64,000 nt of DNA from a bacterium (GTDB lineage: Bacteria > Patescibacteriota > Dojkabacteria > SC72 > WJKH01), in the NCBI GenBank assembly GCA_029547225.1, contig JAKPPS010000032.1, forward strand, positions 4,065 to 68,064. The letters run 5' to 3'. Every line of letters starts with the position of its first letter. Within the stretch, counting starts at the first letter, position 1. This document shows positions 28,858 through 39,326 of the stretch, one piece after another. The notes below the pieces were generated by a model, which saw nothing but the letters and a program-made list of their open reading frames with translations, was not told the DNA's origin and searched no databases. A program made the translations under genes and the position numbers.

Positions 28858-31266
28858 ATGAACAAGATCCATTTGATTAAAATGAAAATGCCTTACCATA
28901 CAAGTGAGGGAGAAGCAGATACAACTTATAAAAACAGATATTTTGTTATTGGAAAGTGCCTTAATTGTAATAGAAATCTTGGTAGGAGTGTTTTTATTGG
29001 TGAACCTATCAAAAAAAGAAATTGGTTAGTATCAAAATACCTTTCTGTAATATTAGTAAGTTTTATCTTTGCTTGTGTAATCTCTTTGACTCCAAAAACT
29101 GTAAAGGCGGATTATTTTTATCCTTCAGGCGATACTGTTAATTGCAATATTGCTCAGTCAACATCGATTACTGTAAATCGTCTTCCAGAAAACACAGATA
29201 AAGACGACTCAATTAGTTATGACTCACACCTAGTTGTTGGACAATATGTGGATTTCCCACAGAACCATACAATTACGGATATCGCGGACATTACTTATCC
29301 AGATGCCAGAAGGTATCTCGGTGTTGCAGATCGAGTTTCTGCCCCACCTGATGCTGTTTTGGATGTTGGGTACTTTGTATTCAATTATTCTGGGCACCAA
29401 GTTGATGTTGTCAATGGTTACTTTTTCTTCTCCAAAACAGATCAGTTGGGGGACTGGGGTCGTTTCGGGATAAATGGGCCAACGAGAAGCGTTTCGTATT
29501 TGATTAATGGAACCTGGGTGAATAAAGTTGGGAAGACAATTTATAAGGAAAACTGGGGAAGTTGGCCTGTAAGTAGTTTTTCTGCACCACCGAGAGGTAC
29601 ACTGATAGGACAAATTACTCTTGGAGAACAAATCCAGTACGATACAACGGGTGTGAGTTACGAAATTAATGAATCGTCAGAAATTGTTGCGAATATAACT
29701 GTAATTGTAAAAAACATAGCAGGATATGATTTAACCGATCTTGAATATCGTCACGGAACCTTTTCAGAACAATTTGCATTGTCAAAAAATGGAGAAGCAG
29801 GCGATACAAAGGAAATTAATTATTCTCTTAATCTGGGGCGGAATTATGGAAGACAAATAGATATTGGACGCCCGGCAATCATTAATAATACTTCACATAC
29901 AGAGTGTTTACTTGAAGCAGGACAAAACTGGAATTCCACTGATCCAGATACAAGAAGTATAGTGACTTTTCGAAGTGATCAAAATGCGGGTTCGTGGCTT
30001 GGCTCGCAAATAGATTTAAATACTGAGCCAAGTGGAGATAGTATGTGTATCACAATGATACCATATACGAAGCATTTGAAATCTTTGTATATCGATGTTT
30101 TGCCCCAATTGAGTTCAGAAATTACTCTATCAGATAATGATGAAATATCTACAAAATCGTTGAGCACTTTTGTTGCTCAAACCTCGGTTGTGAATATTAC
30201 AGTTGCGGATACAATCATTGATGGTAAGGAAATAAAAATAGCTCTTGATTTTAAAAAAGAAAATATCCGATTTCTAGATACATGTGGTGGGCGGATATAC
30301 GGCGATTCAGTGATTTGGGATGAGGTTAGTATTGCAAATAATGCAGTATGGTCTTGCAATTTGACTTTTGTTTCAGAAAATGTGGCTGAGGATGTTAATT
30401 TTAATGTGTTTGCAAGGATAGATGAATTAGATGTTGAAAGTAATCATGATAATGCAATTGTTGATATTGGAGAATTGCCTAAAGTTAATGTAGAAAAATC
30501 GATGCAGTACGATGTAGAGAGTAAGAAAATAATTGCAACAGTATCATTTGAGGTAGATGCATTAGGTGATGGACGTTCAATTATCCTAAGTGATGTGTGT
30601 GATAACTGTCCTGAGAATTATGAATATCTTGGTAATGTACCATTGAACGAAGTGTATTATCCAACCAATGAAAATTATTTACTCAAATTCGAGTATTTAC
30701 TTGATGCGCAAGATTTATCTGAGCTGCCAAAAATAGTTAACAACTGTTTTTTTGTACATGCGTCAGATTTTGATGATTCTGAAGGATCAAGCGAGGCTGG
30801 TAGACACAATATAGAAATAGCAAAATCGTGTATTAGTCTCGCTCTTACAATTGATGGAGGCGAGATTATTCCTGATTGGGAAACATTACCTCAGAATATC
30901 TCTGAAGATGTTCTTCCAGATCAATTACTTGTTCCAGAAACTAACGAGGGTATTCTAAGTTTTTTCTCTAACCTTGAAGACGCGATAAGTAATGGTGGAA
31001 ATTGGGGAAATGATGGTGGCTCGAATAGTCAAACTTTTTCAGGTTTTGTTGATAATATCGCAGATCTGCCTTATTTGCTTTTTGAAAATACTCTTGCTAA
31101 TTCTGGTTTCGCATTTTCAGAAAATATCAAAATTGCTTTATTTTCAGCGTTGATCTTAATTGTTGCTTGTGTAACCGGAGTAATTCTATGGGCAAGCAGG
31201 CGGAAAGAGAAAAAAATATTCCGTGATCAAATACATTCAAAAGGGCATAATGGAAATCATAGGTAG
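28858..31266 (+). CDS. Large envelope protein with an N-terminal TM and a C-terminal TM plus basic tail
   Basis: N-terminal 'CLNCNRNLG' then TM 'LSVILVSFIFACVISL'. An ectodomain of about 690 aa follows. The C-terminus is 'TLANSGFAFSENIKIALFSALILIVACVTGVILWASRRKEKK'. Confidence 0.6.
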   Translation: MNKIHLIKMKMPYHTSEGEADTTYKNRYFVIGKCLNCNRNLGRSVFIGEPIKKRNWLVSKYLSVILVSFIFACVISLTPKTVKADYFYPSGDTVNCNIAQSTSITVNRLPENTDKDDSISYDSHLVVGQYVDFPQNHTITDIADITYPDARRYLGVADRVSAPPDAVLDVGYFVFNYSGHQVDVVNGYFFFSKTDQLGDWGRFGINGPTRSVSYLINGTWVNKVGKTIYKENWGSWPVSSFSAPPRGTLIGQITLGEQIQYDTTGVSYEINESSEIVANITVIVKNIAGYDLTDLEYRHGTFSEQFALSKNGEAGDTKEINYSLNLGRNYGRQIDIGRPAIINNTSHTECLLEAGQNWNSTDPDTRSIVTFRSDQNAGSWLGSQIDLNTEPSGDSMCITMIPYTKHLKSLYIDVLPQLSSEITLSDNDEISTKSLSTFVAQTSVVNITVADTIIDGKEIKIALDFKKENIRFLDTCGGRIYGDSVIWDEVSIANNAVWSCNLTFVSENVAEDVNFNVFARIDELDVESNHDNAIVDIGELPKVNVEKSMQYDVESKKIIATVSFEVDALGDGRSIILSDVCDNCPENYEYLGNVPLNEVYYPTNENYLLKFEYLLDAQDLSELPKIVNNCFFVHASDFDDSEGSSEAGRHNIEIAKSCISLALTIDGGEIIPDWETLPQNISEDVLPDQLLVPETNEGILSFFSNLEDAISNGGNWGNDGGSNSQTFSGFVDNIADLPYLLFENTLANSGFAFSENIKIALFSALILIVACVTGVILWASRRKEKKIFRDQIHSKGHNGNHR

Positions 31267-31438
31267 TGTCTTACATAATAATTGTCTTACAATAAAGATC
31301 ATCCGCTTATACTTTATGGGTTTCGATTTAGGTGATTTAAATCATAAATGACAACGGATTAAATTCTAAAAGTATGCTACTCGATATTATTGTTGAGTTA
31401 TCATTGATATCCGAAGCAAATATTGTTACGATATATGC

Positions 31439-32986
31439 ATGGATATAAGCCTAAACAAGTTCGATAAACGCTTTAAAACTAACTTCTCTGCAAATATTGC
31501 ACCTCAAGATAGTGTTCCCCAATTAAAAGAGGAGTATACAAGAAATGCTGATTCCGGCAGTACAACAATAAAATATGCTATTCCTGACTATGTTTTAAAG
31601 GTCGCTAGAATGCTCCACAAAGAGGGTTATAAGGCATATCTTGTTGGCGGAGCTTTACGGGATATTGTAATGGGCATTGAGCCTGATGATTATGATTTGG
31701 GAACTGATGCAAAACCAGAAGAAATGCTCCGATTTTTCCCAAAATCCGTTTCGACCGGGGCAAAATTTGGTATGGTGATGGTGCTTGTACCCGATGCAAA
31801 AAATGAAACCCATTCTGTAGAAGTGACTACATTTAGGAGTGAAGCAGATTATGTTGATGGGCGTTGGCCAACAAAGGTCGAATTTATAGGTGATCTTGAT
31901 AGGGATTTAGGGCGTAGAGATTTCACTATTAATGCGATGGCCTTAGATTTAACAAGTGGAGATTATGAAGCAGGTGGAAAAGAGCAGTCGTGGCTGTTGT
32001 ACGATCCGTTTGGTGGGATGACAGATTTAGGATTGAGAGTGTTGCGTGCAGTAGGGACACCGATAGAGAGATTCCGAGAAGACGGATTACGGGCATTTAG
32101 AGCGTGTCGTCTTGCTTCTCAGCTAGGTTTTGACATTGAGAGTGAAACATATGAAGCAATAAGGCAATCTGTAGCTATCGCTATGCAGGTATCTATGGAA
32201 CGAATCAGGGATGAATTTTTGAAACTGTTAAATCATTCAGCAAAACCTTCTCGTGGTATTGAGCTACTTCGTCAAACTGGCTTATTGGAGAGAATTATCC
32301 CAGAATTACTTGAAGGTTATGGAGTAGAGCAGAAGCTTTTTCATCATGATGATGTTTATCATCATTTGCTCAATACTTGTGATGTGGCTCCTGATAAAAT
32401 AAAACTTGCCGCTTTATTTCATGATATCGGAAAGCCTCGTACAGATATGCATAATGGACATTTCTATGGTCATGATGCAGAAGGTGAGCGTATGACAAGG
32501 GAAATTATGAAAAGATTGAAATTTCCAAATAATGAAATTGAACGAGTAGCTCGGCTTGTAAAAAATCATATGTTTTTCTTTCCATATGCCGAAGATAACA
32601 TGACACCCGAACAAATTGATAATCTTAATGAAAAGGCTTGGACTGATTCTGCAGTCCGTAGATTTATTGCAAGGGTAGGTGAGGAGAATGTTGACGATCT
32701 TTTTGCATTGAGAATTGCTGATGCAAGCGCAAACCCTAAAACTGCTTTCCAGCCTAAGGAGGTAGAAGAATTGCAAAAAAGAATTTCTGAAGTTAGAGCA
32801 AAAGATATGGCATTAAAGGTTACAGATTTGATGATCGATGGTGAAGATCTTATGGCAATTGGTTTTGAAGCTGGTCCGCAAATCGGCATTGTGCTTAACG
32901 ATTTGCTGGAACTTGTCCTCGATGATCCGATGATAAATACTAAAGAAAACCTTTTAGCGATCGCGACAAAAAAAATTGCTAAATAG
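31439..32986 (+). CDS. cca: CCA-adding tRNA nucleotidyltransferase with HD domain
   Basis: It has 'AYLVGGALRDIVMGIEPDDYDLGTD' (GG..RD...D.D), 'RDFTINAMA' and the HD region 'LFHDIGKP'. Confidence 0.85.
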   Translation: MDISLNKFDKRFKTNFSANIAPQDSVPQLKEEYTRNADSGSTTIKYAIPDYVLKVARMLHKEGYKAYLVGGALRDIVMGIEPDDYDLGTDAKPEEMLRFFPKSVSTGAKFGMVMVLVPDAKNETHSVEVTTFRSEADYVDGRWPTKVEFIGDLDRDLGRRDFTINAMALDLTSGDYEAGGKEQSWLLYDPFGGMTDLGLRVLRAVGTPIERFREDGLRAFRACRLASQLGFDIESETYEAIRQSVAIAMQVSMERIRDEFLKLLNHSAKPSRGIELLRQTGLLERIIPELLEGYGVEQKLFHHDDVYHHLLNTCDVAPDKIKLAALFHDIGKPRTDMHNGHFYGHDAEGERMTREIMKRLKFPNNEIERVARLVKNHMFFFPYAEDNMTPEQIDNLNEKAWTDSAVRRFIARVGEENVDDLFALRIADASANPKTAFQPKEVEELQKRISEVRAKDMALKVTDLMIDGEDLMAIGFEAGPQIGIVLNDLLELVLDDPMINTKENLLAIATKKIAK

Positions 32987-33106
32987 GTTTAATCAGAAAA
33001 AAATTATAATCTTCTCGGATTCTTTATGACTATATGCAAAGAAGAAATTATATCTTTAGTTGTAAGAATTACTGTGATCGAATAATAATCAAATATTGAA
33101 TAAAGC

Positions 33107-34180
33107 CTATTTGCCATATTTCATTATAAAACCGCGGTTTCTTTGCGTTTCAATAAGTGATGGAGTAATACCACTTTTCTCAATTTTATCTCGTATCCTT
33201 TGAATTAGTTTAGTGATAGCACTTAAACTAAAACTTTGCGAAGAATTTTCTCGCCATAATACTCTTCCGATCTCATCAACTGATACAATTTCGTTTTTAT
33301 TAACAAATAATAGTCTAAAAATCTTATCTTCGGATTTTGTAAATGGAATAGTGCACCCATTTATTGAGATACTTCGTGGAGATAATCTTATTGAAATATC
33401 TGATGGAAAGCCTAATTTTTCGTAGTACTTCCTGGAGTCCTTTGCAAGTGTAAGATAGCTTTTATCTCGTAAATTGGGTAAAGTACACTGCTTATTCAGT
33501 CTTAATTGTATTTTCTTATTAACTCCTGTTTGCTTTGAAAAGCTACCTATAATGGTATTGTTAATCAAGAAATCGATTATCGCTTCTCTTTCTTCCCAAG
33601 AAAAATCTTCTAATAATTTTTTGTGTCCGGCAAAATTAAGTGGAGTCATCAATATCCCTTCAATGAGATGATATATATTTGCATCTTCCCGGAGATATAG
33701 TCTTATTTCATCAGAATTAGTCTCTGAAGCAAACTCAGAGCAAACAGATCCATATTTAGTTGGTCTAATAAGAATACCGGAGTAATTATCAAAGATCCCA
33801 GGTATAAATTTCTGACATTTTGAGAAAAATTTTTCACTAATATCTTGCCATTGGGATAGAACATCTTGAATATTGATTTTTCCATTTTCAAGCTCTTTTA
33901 ATTCGTCAATGATAATTTGTTTATAATAATAGCCTTTTCGAATAAAAGGTTTTGAGAATATGTCATTTTTATTACTAGAAAGATCGGAAAAGAAATCTGA
34001 ATTAGTAAAAATTTTTAGTTCCGGAAGATAAATTACTCGAGAATTAAAATTAAGGTAGGGGAGTAAATAAAAATCTTTCGATTGGTAAAAACCATTCTTT
34101 AAATAATGACAAATAAAAAGTATCCTCTGATACTCTGTCTCTGCATTATATTCGATTTGTAAAGTTTTGTTCTTCATCAT
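33107..34180 (-). CDS. Orphan OmpR/PhoB-type winged-helix DNA-binding protein with an unknown N-terminal domain of about 260 aa
   Basis: C-terminus 'FTKSEDKIFRLLFVNKNEIVSVDEIGRVLW...ITKLIQRIRDKIE...IETQRNRGFIM' matches the trans_reg_C pattern. No receiver-domain motifs are present. Confidence 0.65.
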   Translation of the reverse strand: MMKNKTLQIEYNAETEYQRILFICHYLKNGFYQSKDFYLLPYLNFNSRVIYLPELKIFTNSDFFSDLSSNKNDIFSKPFIRKGYYYKQIIIDELKELENGKINIQDVLSQWQDISEKFFSKCQKFIPGIFDNYSGILIRPTKYGSVCSEFASETNSDEIRLYLREDANIYHLIEGILMTPLNFAGHKKLLEDFSWEEREAIIDFLINNTIIGSFSKQTGVNKKIQLRLNKQCTLPNLRDKSYLTLAKDSRKYYEKLGFPSDISIRLSPRSISINGCTIPFTKSEDKIFRLLFVNKNEIVSVDEIGRVLWRENSSQSFSLSAITKLIQRIRDKIEKSGITPSLIETQRNRGFIMKYGK

Positions 34181-34306
34181 AAATTCCCTCCTAATAAACA
34201 GAAATTTTTCTACGTATTAGCTTATGAATGTGTTTCTGTCATTTTGGCGTCATGTAATTATACTATGAGATTATATAATTGTGAATAAATTTATTAATAA
34301 CTCGCA

Positions 34307-35029
34307 ATGAGTCCAATAAATAGGAATTTTCTAGATGATTCTCCCTTTATAGTTATTAGTTCAGGAGAGGTATTTTGCCCTTCATTGAATGAACATGAAT
34401 TGTCCGAAAATGTAATAGTCGGTCCTGTATGTTTACTAATATTATTACAAGAAATGTCTGATTGTGGGCGTGTATTTGATATCTCTATCAGAATGTTTGT
34501 TTCAGATTTTAACGATTACGTAAAATTTGATTCACGTAAGAATTCTATAGGAAATTATATTCTAGGCTTTATGGCTTCATTACAAGTAAATATAAGTGGA
34601 AATCCGACAAAAACAAGCAGTATCCCTATTGAGTGCATTATTCAGAGTTTCCCTGCATACTATGACTTAAATCCTTGTTTAAGTAATTTTGATGAAGGTA
34701 GTTTCCCAGACTTGAAGGGTGCCCAAGGGTATGTATTAAGGGTAAGTGATCTAAGCAGGTTAGCAAATTTAGTAATGACCTCAGAGTTTGGAGAAGAAAC
34801 TGAGGTAATTGGAGAAATATCTGATGAGATCTTGCTTCGAATAGCATCAAGTATATTTACGCTATTGGAAAAATATGAAATAGACGATCTTGAAAAAGAT
34901 GGAATAGTTGAATTTATTAAACAACATCGGAACATGTACTCAAGTATTTTTATCGCACTAGTATTAGCAATTCGGAAAAGTATTGAGAATTCGAATAATA
35001 GGTCTAAAAAATGTGGGGAAACTTCGTAA
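34307..35029 (+). CDS. Hypothetical protein, divergent from the winged-helix gene
   Basis: It is a 240-aa ORF with no motif I recognise and no opposing ORF of comparable length. Confidence 0.5.
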   Translation: MSPINRNFLDDSPFIVISSGEVFCPSLNEHELSENVIVGPVCLLILLQEMSDCGRVFDISIRMFVSDFNDYVKFDSRKNSIGNYILGFMASLQVNISGNPTKTSSIPIECIIQSFPAYYDLNPCLSNFDEGSFPDLKGAQGYVLRVSDLSRLANLVMTSEFGEETEVIGEISDEILLRIASSIFTLLEKYEIDDLEKDGIVEFIKQHRNMYSSIFIALVLAIRKSIENSNNRSKKCGETS

Positions 35030-35240
35030 AAAGATAATTGAAAGAGTATTTGCTCAAGTCAAGCTTGAAAAAACACCAAAATACATTGACAAACGCTGAA
35101 CATATATCACTTAAAACTATCAATGAAAATTAGCCTCTAAATCAACATCAATTTATTTACATAGCTTTACATATTTGCCCTTTGCCAAGCAGATAAAAAA
35201 CTGGTAAGATAAATGTGAACTAATATAACTGCCTAAGTAA

Positions 35241-36728
35241 GTGAAAGTCCAATTCTGTGGAGCCGCAAAAACTGTTACTGGATCGTGTTTTTATCTCGAG
35301 ACAGGTAAATATAAAGTCCTTGTTGATTGTGGGATGTTTCAAGGTGATCCAGAGCTCGAAAAGCTAAATAAAGAACCGTTTCCTTTTGACCCCTCAGCAA
35401 TAGATTATGTTTTCTTGACACATGCACATTATGATCATTGTGGTAGATTACCTTTACTTGTAAAACAAGGCTTTAAAGGTGAGATCATTTCTACTCAACC
35501 AACTCGTGATTTAACACAATTAGTTTTATTAGATTCGGCAAAAGTACAAGAAGAGGATTATCGCAGATCAGTTGGTCGAGAGGGTTTTGAGGCGTATTTG
35601 CACAAAAAAGATAGCGAGAATGTAAAAGTATATAATGGTCAAATAAAAGATAGTCTTTACGGTGATGCGACATCATCAGATGATAACGCCGAATACCCGC
35701 TTTTTAATGAGGGAGATGTGTATGAAACAATGAAATATTTCAGGATTTATGAGTATGGAGATTCTGTTGTTTTGCGAGATGGTTTGGAATTCAGGATGCG
35801 TGATGCAGGACATATTTTAGGTTCAGTTACTTTCGAATTATGGATTCAAAACGGAGATGGAAAACAGAGAAAGCTTGTATTCTCGGGAGATCTTGGACAG
35901 CCTGGGCAAAGAATTATTCGTGACCCTGATATGATCCGCGATGCTGACTTCGTTTTTGTCGAATCAACATATGGTGATAGGATACATAAAAGTAAAGATG
36001 AGACGGTTTTGGAATTTCTTACAATACTTAAAGAAGCTGAAAAAATTAATGGAAATGTATTGATACCGATTTTTGCAATAGAAAGAACTCAAGAGATTAT
36101 TTATGAGCTAAATCTTTTTTATGAATCAAAATTGGTTACCGATATACCTGTTTATCTTGATAGTCCTATGGCTTCTGATGCTACAGAAATATTTAAACGT
36201 TATCCTGCTTTTTATGATGAAGACGCCAAGAGATTATTGGAAAAGGGAGATGACCCTTTCAATTTTAAAGGCTTGAAGTTTGTAAAAAGTGTTGATGAGT
36301 CGAATCGAATTAGCAATCAGAAAAAATCCATAATCATGGCGGGTAGTGGTATGTGTACTGGAGGTAGGATTTTGAATCACCTTATTAACAATCTTGCAAA
36401 ACAATCAACGAGTATTATTTTTGTAGGGTATCAGGTAAGAGGTACATTGGGTCGTCGAATATTAGACGGCCAGAAATCAGTAAGGATAAGAGGTCGTGAA
36501 GTTGAATCGAATGCCCAGTTGCATACTCTTGGTGGTTTTTCTGCACATGCTGACGAACGAGATTTAATGTATTGGTTAAGAGGTTTTGGACATACTCCAA
36601 GGATGATTTTTATATGTCATGGTGATGAAGATATTGCTACAAGTTTTTCTGATAAAGTGAAAACAGATCTTATGATTGACACGCATGTTCCTTCGATGTT
36701 TGAAACTGTGGATTTAGAGAAATATTAG
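35241..36728 (+). CDS. MBL-fold beta-CASP ribonuclease (RNase J/CPSF-like)
   Basis: GTG start. It has 'MKVQFCGAAKTVTGSC', 'THAHYDHCGRLP' (HxHxDH) and, later, 'GGFSAHAD' typical of beta-CASP. Confidence 0.8.
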   Translation: MKVQFCGAAKTVTGSCFYLETGKYKVLVDCGMFQGDPELEKLNKEPFPFDPSAIDYVFLTHAHYDHCGRLPLLVKQGFKGEIISTQPTRDLTQLVLLDSAKVQEEDYRRSVGREGFEAYLHKKDSENVKVYNGQIKDSLYGDATSSDDNAEYPLFNEGDVYETMKYFRIYEYGDSVVLRDGLEFRMRDAGHILGSVTFELWIQNGDGKQRKLVFSGDLGQPGQRIIRDPDMIRDADFVFVESTYGDRIHKSKDETVLEFLTILKEAEKINGNVLIPIFAIERTQEIIYELNLFYESKLVTDIPVYLDSPMASDATEIFKRYPAFYDEDAKRLLEKGDDPFNFKGLKFVKSVDESNRISNQKKSIIMAGSGMCTGGRILNHLINNLAKQSTSIIFVGYQVRGTLGRRILDGQKSVRIRGREVESNAQLHTLGGFSAHADERDLMYWLRGFGHTPRMIFICHGDEDIATSFSDKVKTDLMIDTHVPSMFETVDLEKY

Positions 36729-36852
36729 TTTTGAAAGATAATCTGGCTTTTGGCCTTACGACAGTTTTGAAGAAACCATATCTAATTATTGATCGAGGGA
36801 GATATAGAGGAAAATAGATTAGTAAATATTTTATTTTTTATTAGTGCGAAAA

Positions 36853-39153
36853 ATGGATAATAATAATTATGGACCGATTAAGAGCTTTTCTCAAAGTCAG
36901 GTACCAACAAACTCGGGAAATAAAATTGGTGACAGTGGCAATATTGGTAACGGCTCAGGAAATTGGGGCACTAATGATGATAGTTTCTCTTCAAGCTCGA
37001 ATCCAATATCTAATCAGATTTCCAATGCTCAACAAACTGATGATGCTACTTCTCAGATAGACGAAGATGAAATTTCAAGTATCAATCAAATTTCTGGAAC
37101 AACTGATAGTTCGCTGGATATTAATAGCCTTGATCCGCTAAATGATGATCCAACCAATACACAATATTCTTCTTTGAATAAAACAGATGATGAGAAATTT
37201 GATGCGCTTATCCAGCATTATAATTCAAAAATTAAGGAGCTAGAGCAGAGTGATAGAAAGGATTTAGAGAATAAAGGATTTGGGGATTATCCTCAGCATG
37301 AACAATTAGAAAAAGCCGAAGATTTTAAAACCTCAGGAGATTTGCTTGAAGAAAGTTTGACCGGATCTGATGTGCACTCAAGTTATGACAAATTATTTGA
37401 TGATGCAGGTCAGCCTATTTCTGTGATTGCTAAAGATATAATCGTAGATCAAGTAATTGATGAGCCAGATCAAACGCACTCGACTGGCACAAATATTTCT
37501 TTTTCAAGCGATAATGATTCTGAGCAAACGCACTCAGCTGGCATAAATATTTCTTCTTCAAACGATAATGATATGGGTCCTGATTTGATCTCTTCTGATA
37601 TTTATTCTGGTGGCATTGTTAATAAAGATATCATTTCCTCTGATGCAAATTATGACAGCACAAATGATATTGCCACAGATAAGAGCAATTCTGACGATGA
37701 AGAAAATCTTAGAATACTACAGGAGTTTAAACAATATGAGGATCAAGTTCTTCAAGAAATAAATAGAAAAATGGGTATAAAATCAACGACAGATTTAAGC
37801 AAATATTCAGATTTAGGTTATCGCGGTGATGCTCAATCTGACAATACAAATGTTGTAGAATCTCCAAATATTGATTTCAGTGCAAAGGATATACTTTCAG
37901 CAAATAGAACTCTCGATACAAACGCTGATGTCATTGATTCTTCAATGCAAATTAATACGTCCAATATATCCGAAGGACCAAGCGTTATTTCTAGCAAAAA
38001 GACAGTAGTTGATCCGACTGATTACAATAAGTTAGATTTTTCTCATGGGAGTGGTTCGATGATGCACGATGATTCTTCATTATCCAATTATGTAAATATT
38101 GACGATATAATTAATGATATTAAAAGTATTAAAATCCAAGGTGCAACAAATGTCGCTATCGCTACATTTATGGGGTTGAAGCTTTTTGTAAATCAGTATG
38201 ATAGAGAGGTGCCTTTGGAAGTTTTTATCTCTGATGTGCAAAAGGCAGGTATTTCACTTGCTAATGCTCGACCAAATGAACCTTTAGCAAAAAATGGCGT
38301 CAAATTTATAATAAATAAATTGAATCGTGAAACTGGATTAATAAATGGTATTGATCCTTTGCCTCAAGATTCAAACGAGATATTTAATAAAGTCTCTGAG
38401 ATTATTCAAAATACAGATGATTTATCGCAAAATTCGCTGTACCAAAGTTCAAGCGATGAAATATATCATGTCAAAGACCTAATATCTGCTAAGAAAAGAG
38501 TCCTCGAATTATGTGAAGATTATATTACTCACATTAAGAATGCAAAACAAAAAATAATTGAATATGCAAGTCCAGTATTAAAAAATATAAAATCAATATT
38601 GACCCATTGCCATTCTTCTACTTCGGAGAAGATTATTATCAATCAAAGTAAAAACATCGCTGGTTTCAAGGTTGCCTGTACTGAGACTCGACCACTATTT
38701 CAAGGACGAATCACAGCAAAGAATCTCGCTGATGCGGGACTCGATGTAACATTCTTAACTGATAGTGCTGCTCCTGGATTTATTGCTGGTAAAGGCTCTT
38801 TCCCGATAGACGCAGTATTTATCGGGGCTGATCAGATGACAATCAATGGTGATGCGATTAATAAAGTCGGAAGTTGGTCAATAGCATCTGCAGCAATAGC
38901 GGCTGGTAAACCGGTATATATCGTAACATCTATACTTAAACTTGATTTAACTACTGCTTACAAGCCAGTCGAGATAGAGATGAGAAGCGGTAAAGAGATT
39001 TGGGAAGAAGCTCCAGATGGTGTTACTGTTTACAATCCATCCTTTGAACTTATCGAGAGTAAATACATTACTGGATACTTGACGGAAATAGGAGTTATCT
39101 CACCAAGTGAATTAACTCATTCTGCTCAAAAAACTTACTATTGGTTGACTTAA
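36853..39153 (+). CDS. eIF-2B alpha/beta/delta family protein (ribose-1,5-bisphosphate isomerase-like) with a disordered N-terminal extension of about 415 aa
   Basis: The C-terminal ~350 aa carry 'IKIQGATNVAIA', 'THCHSSTSE' and 'GADQMTINGDAINKVGSW'. The N-terminal part is rich in Ser, Asp and Asn. I prefer the ATG at 36853 over the GTG at 36844. Confidence 0.7.
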   Translation: MDNNNYGPIKSFSQSQVPTNSGNKIGDSGNIGNGSGNWGTNDDSFSSSSNPISNQISNAQQTDDATSQIDEDEISSINQISGTTDSSLDINSLDPLNDDPTNTQYSSLNKTDDEKFDALIQHYNSKIKELEQSDRKDLENKGFGDYPQHEQLEKAEDFKTSGDLLEESLTGSDVHSSYDKLFDDAGQPISVIAKDIIVDQVIDEPDQTHSTGTNISFSSDNDSEQTHSAGINISSSNDNDMGPDLISSDIYSGGIVNKDIISSDANYDSTNDIATDKSNSDDEENLRILQEFKQYEDQVLQEINRKMGIKSTTDLSKYSDLGYRGDAQSDNTNVVESPNIDFSAKDILSANRTLDTNADVIDSSMQINTSNISEGPSVISSKKTVVDPTDYNKLDFSHGSGSMMHDDSSLSNYVNIDDIINDIKSIKIQGATNVAIATFMGLKLFVNQYDREVPLEVFISDVQKAGISLANARPNEPLAKNGVKFIINKLNRETGLINGIDPLPQDSNEIFNKVSEIIQNTDDLSQNSLYQSSSDEIYHVKDLISAKKRVLELCEDYITHIKNAKQKIIEYASPVLKNIKSILTHCHSSTSEKIIINQSKNIAGFKVACTETRPLFQGRITAKNLADAGLDVTFLTDSAAPGFIAGKGSFPIDAVFIGADQMTINGDAINKVGSWSIASAAIAAGKPVYIVTSILKLDLTTAYKPVEIEMRSGKEIWEEAPDGVTVYNPSFELIESKYITGYLTEIGVISPSELTHSAQKTYYWLT
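37471..37578 (+). repeat. Tandem 2 x 54-nt in-frame repeat within the N-terminal extension
   Basis: caaacgcactcgactggcacaaatatttc... is repeated as caaacgcactcagctggcataaatatttc.... It encodes QTHSTGTNISFSSDNDSE / QTHSAGINISSSNDNDMG. Confidence 0.8.
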
Positions 39154-39326
39154 AGATTGAAAATTTCTAAGTATTAGACAACTAGGTAATTTGACAATCT
39201 GAATAAATAGATCGAAATTGATGATTGTAGTTTGCGAAAACCACAGGGAAAATAATAATAAAAATACGAAATGTCTGAAAAGCTCGGATAAATATTATAT
39301 TAATTAATATGTTAAATTTTTTTAGA

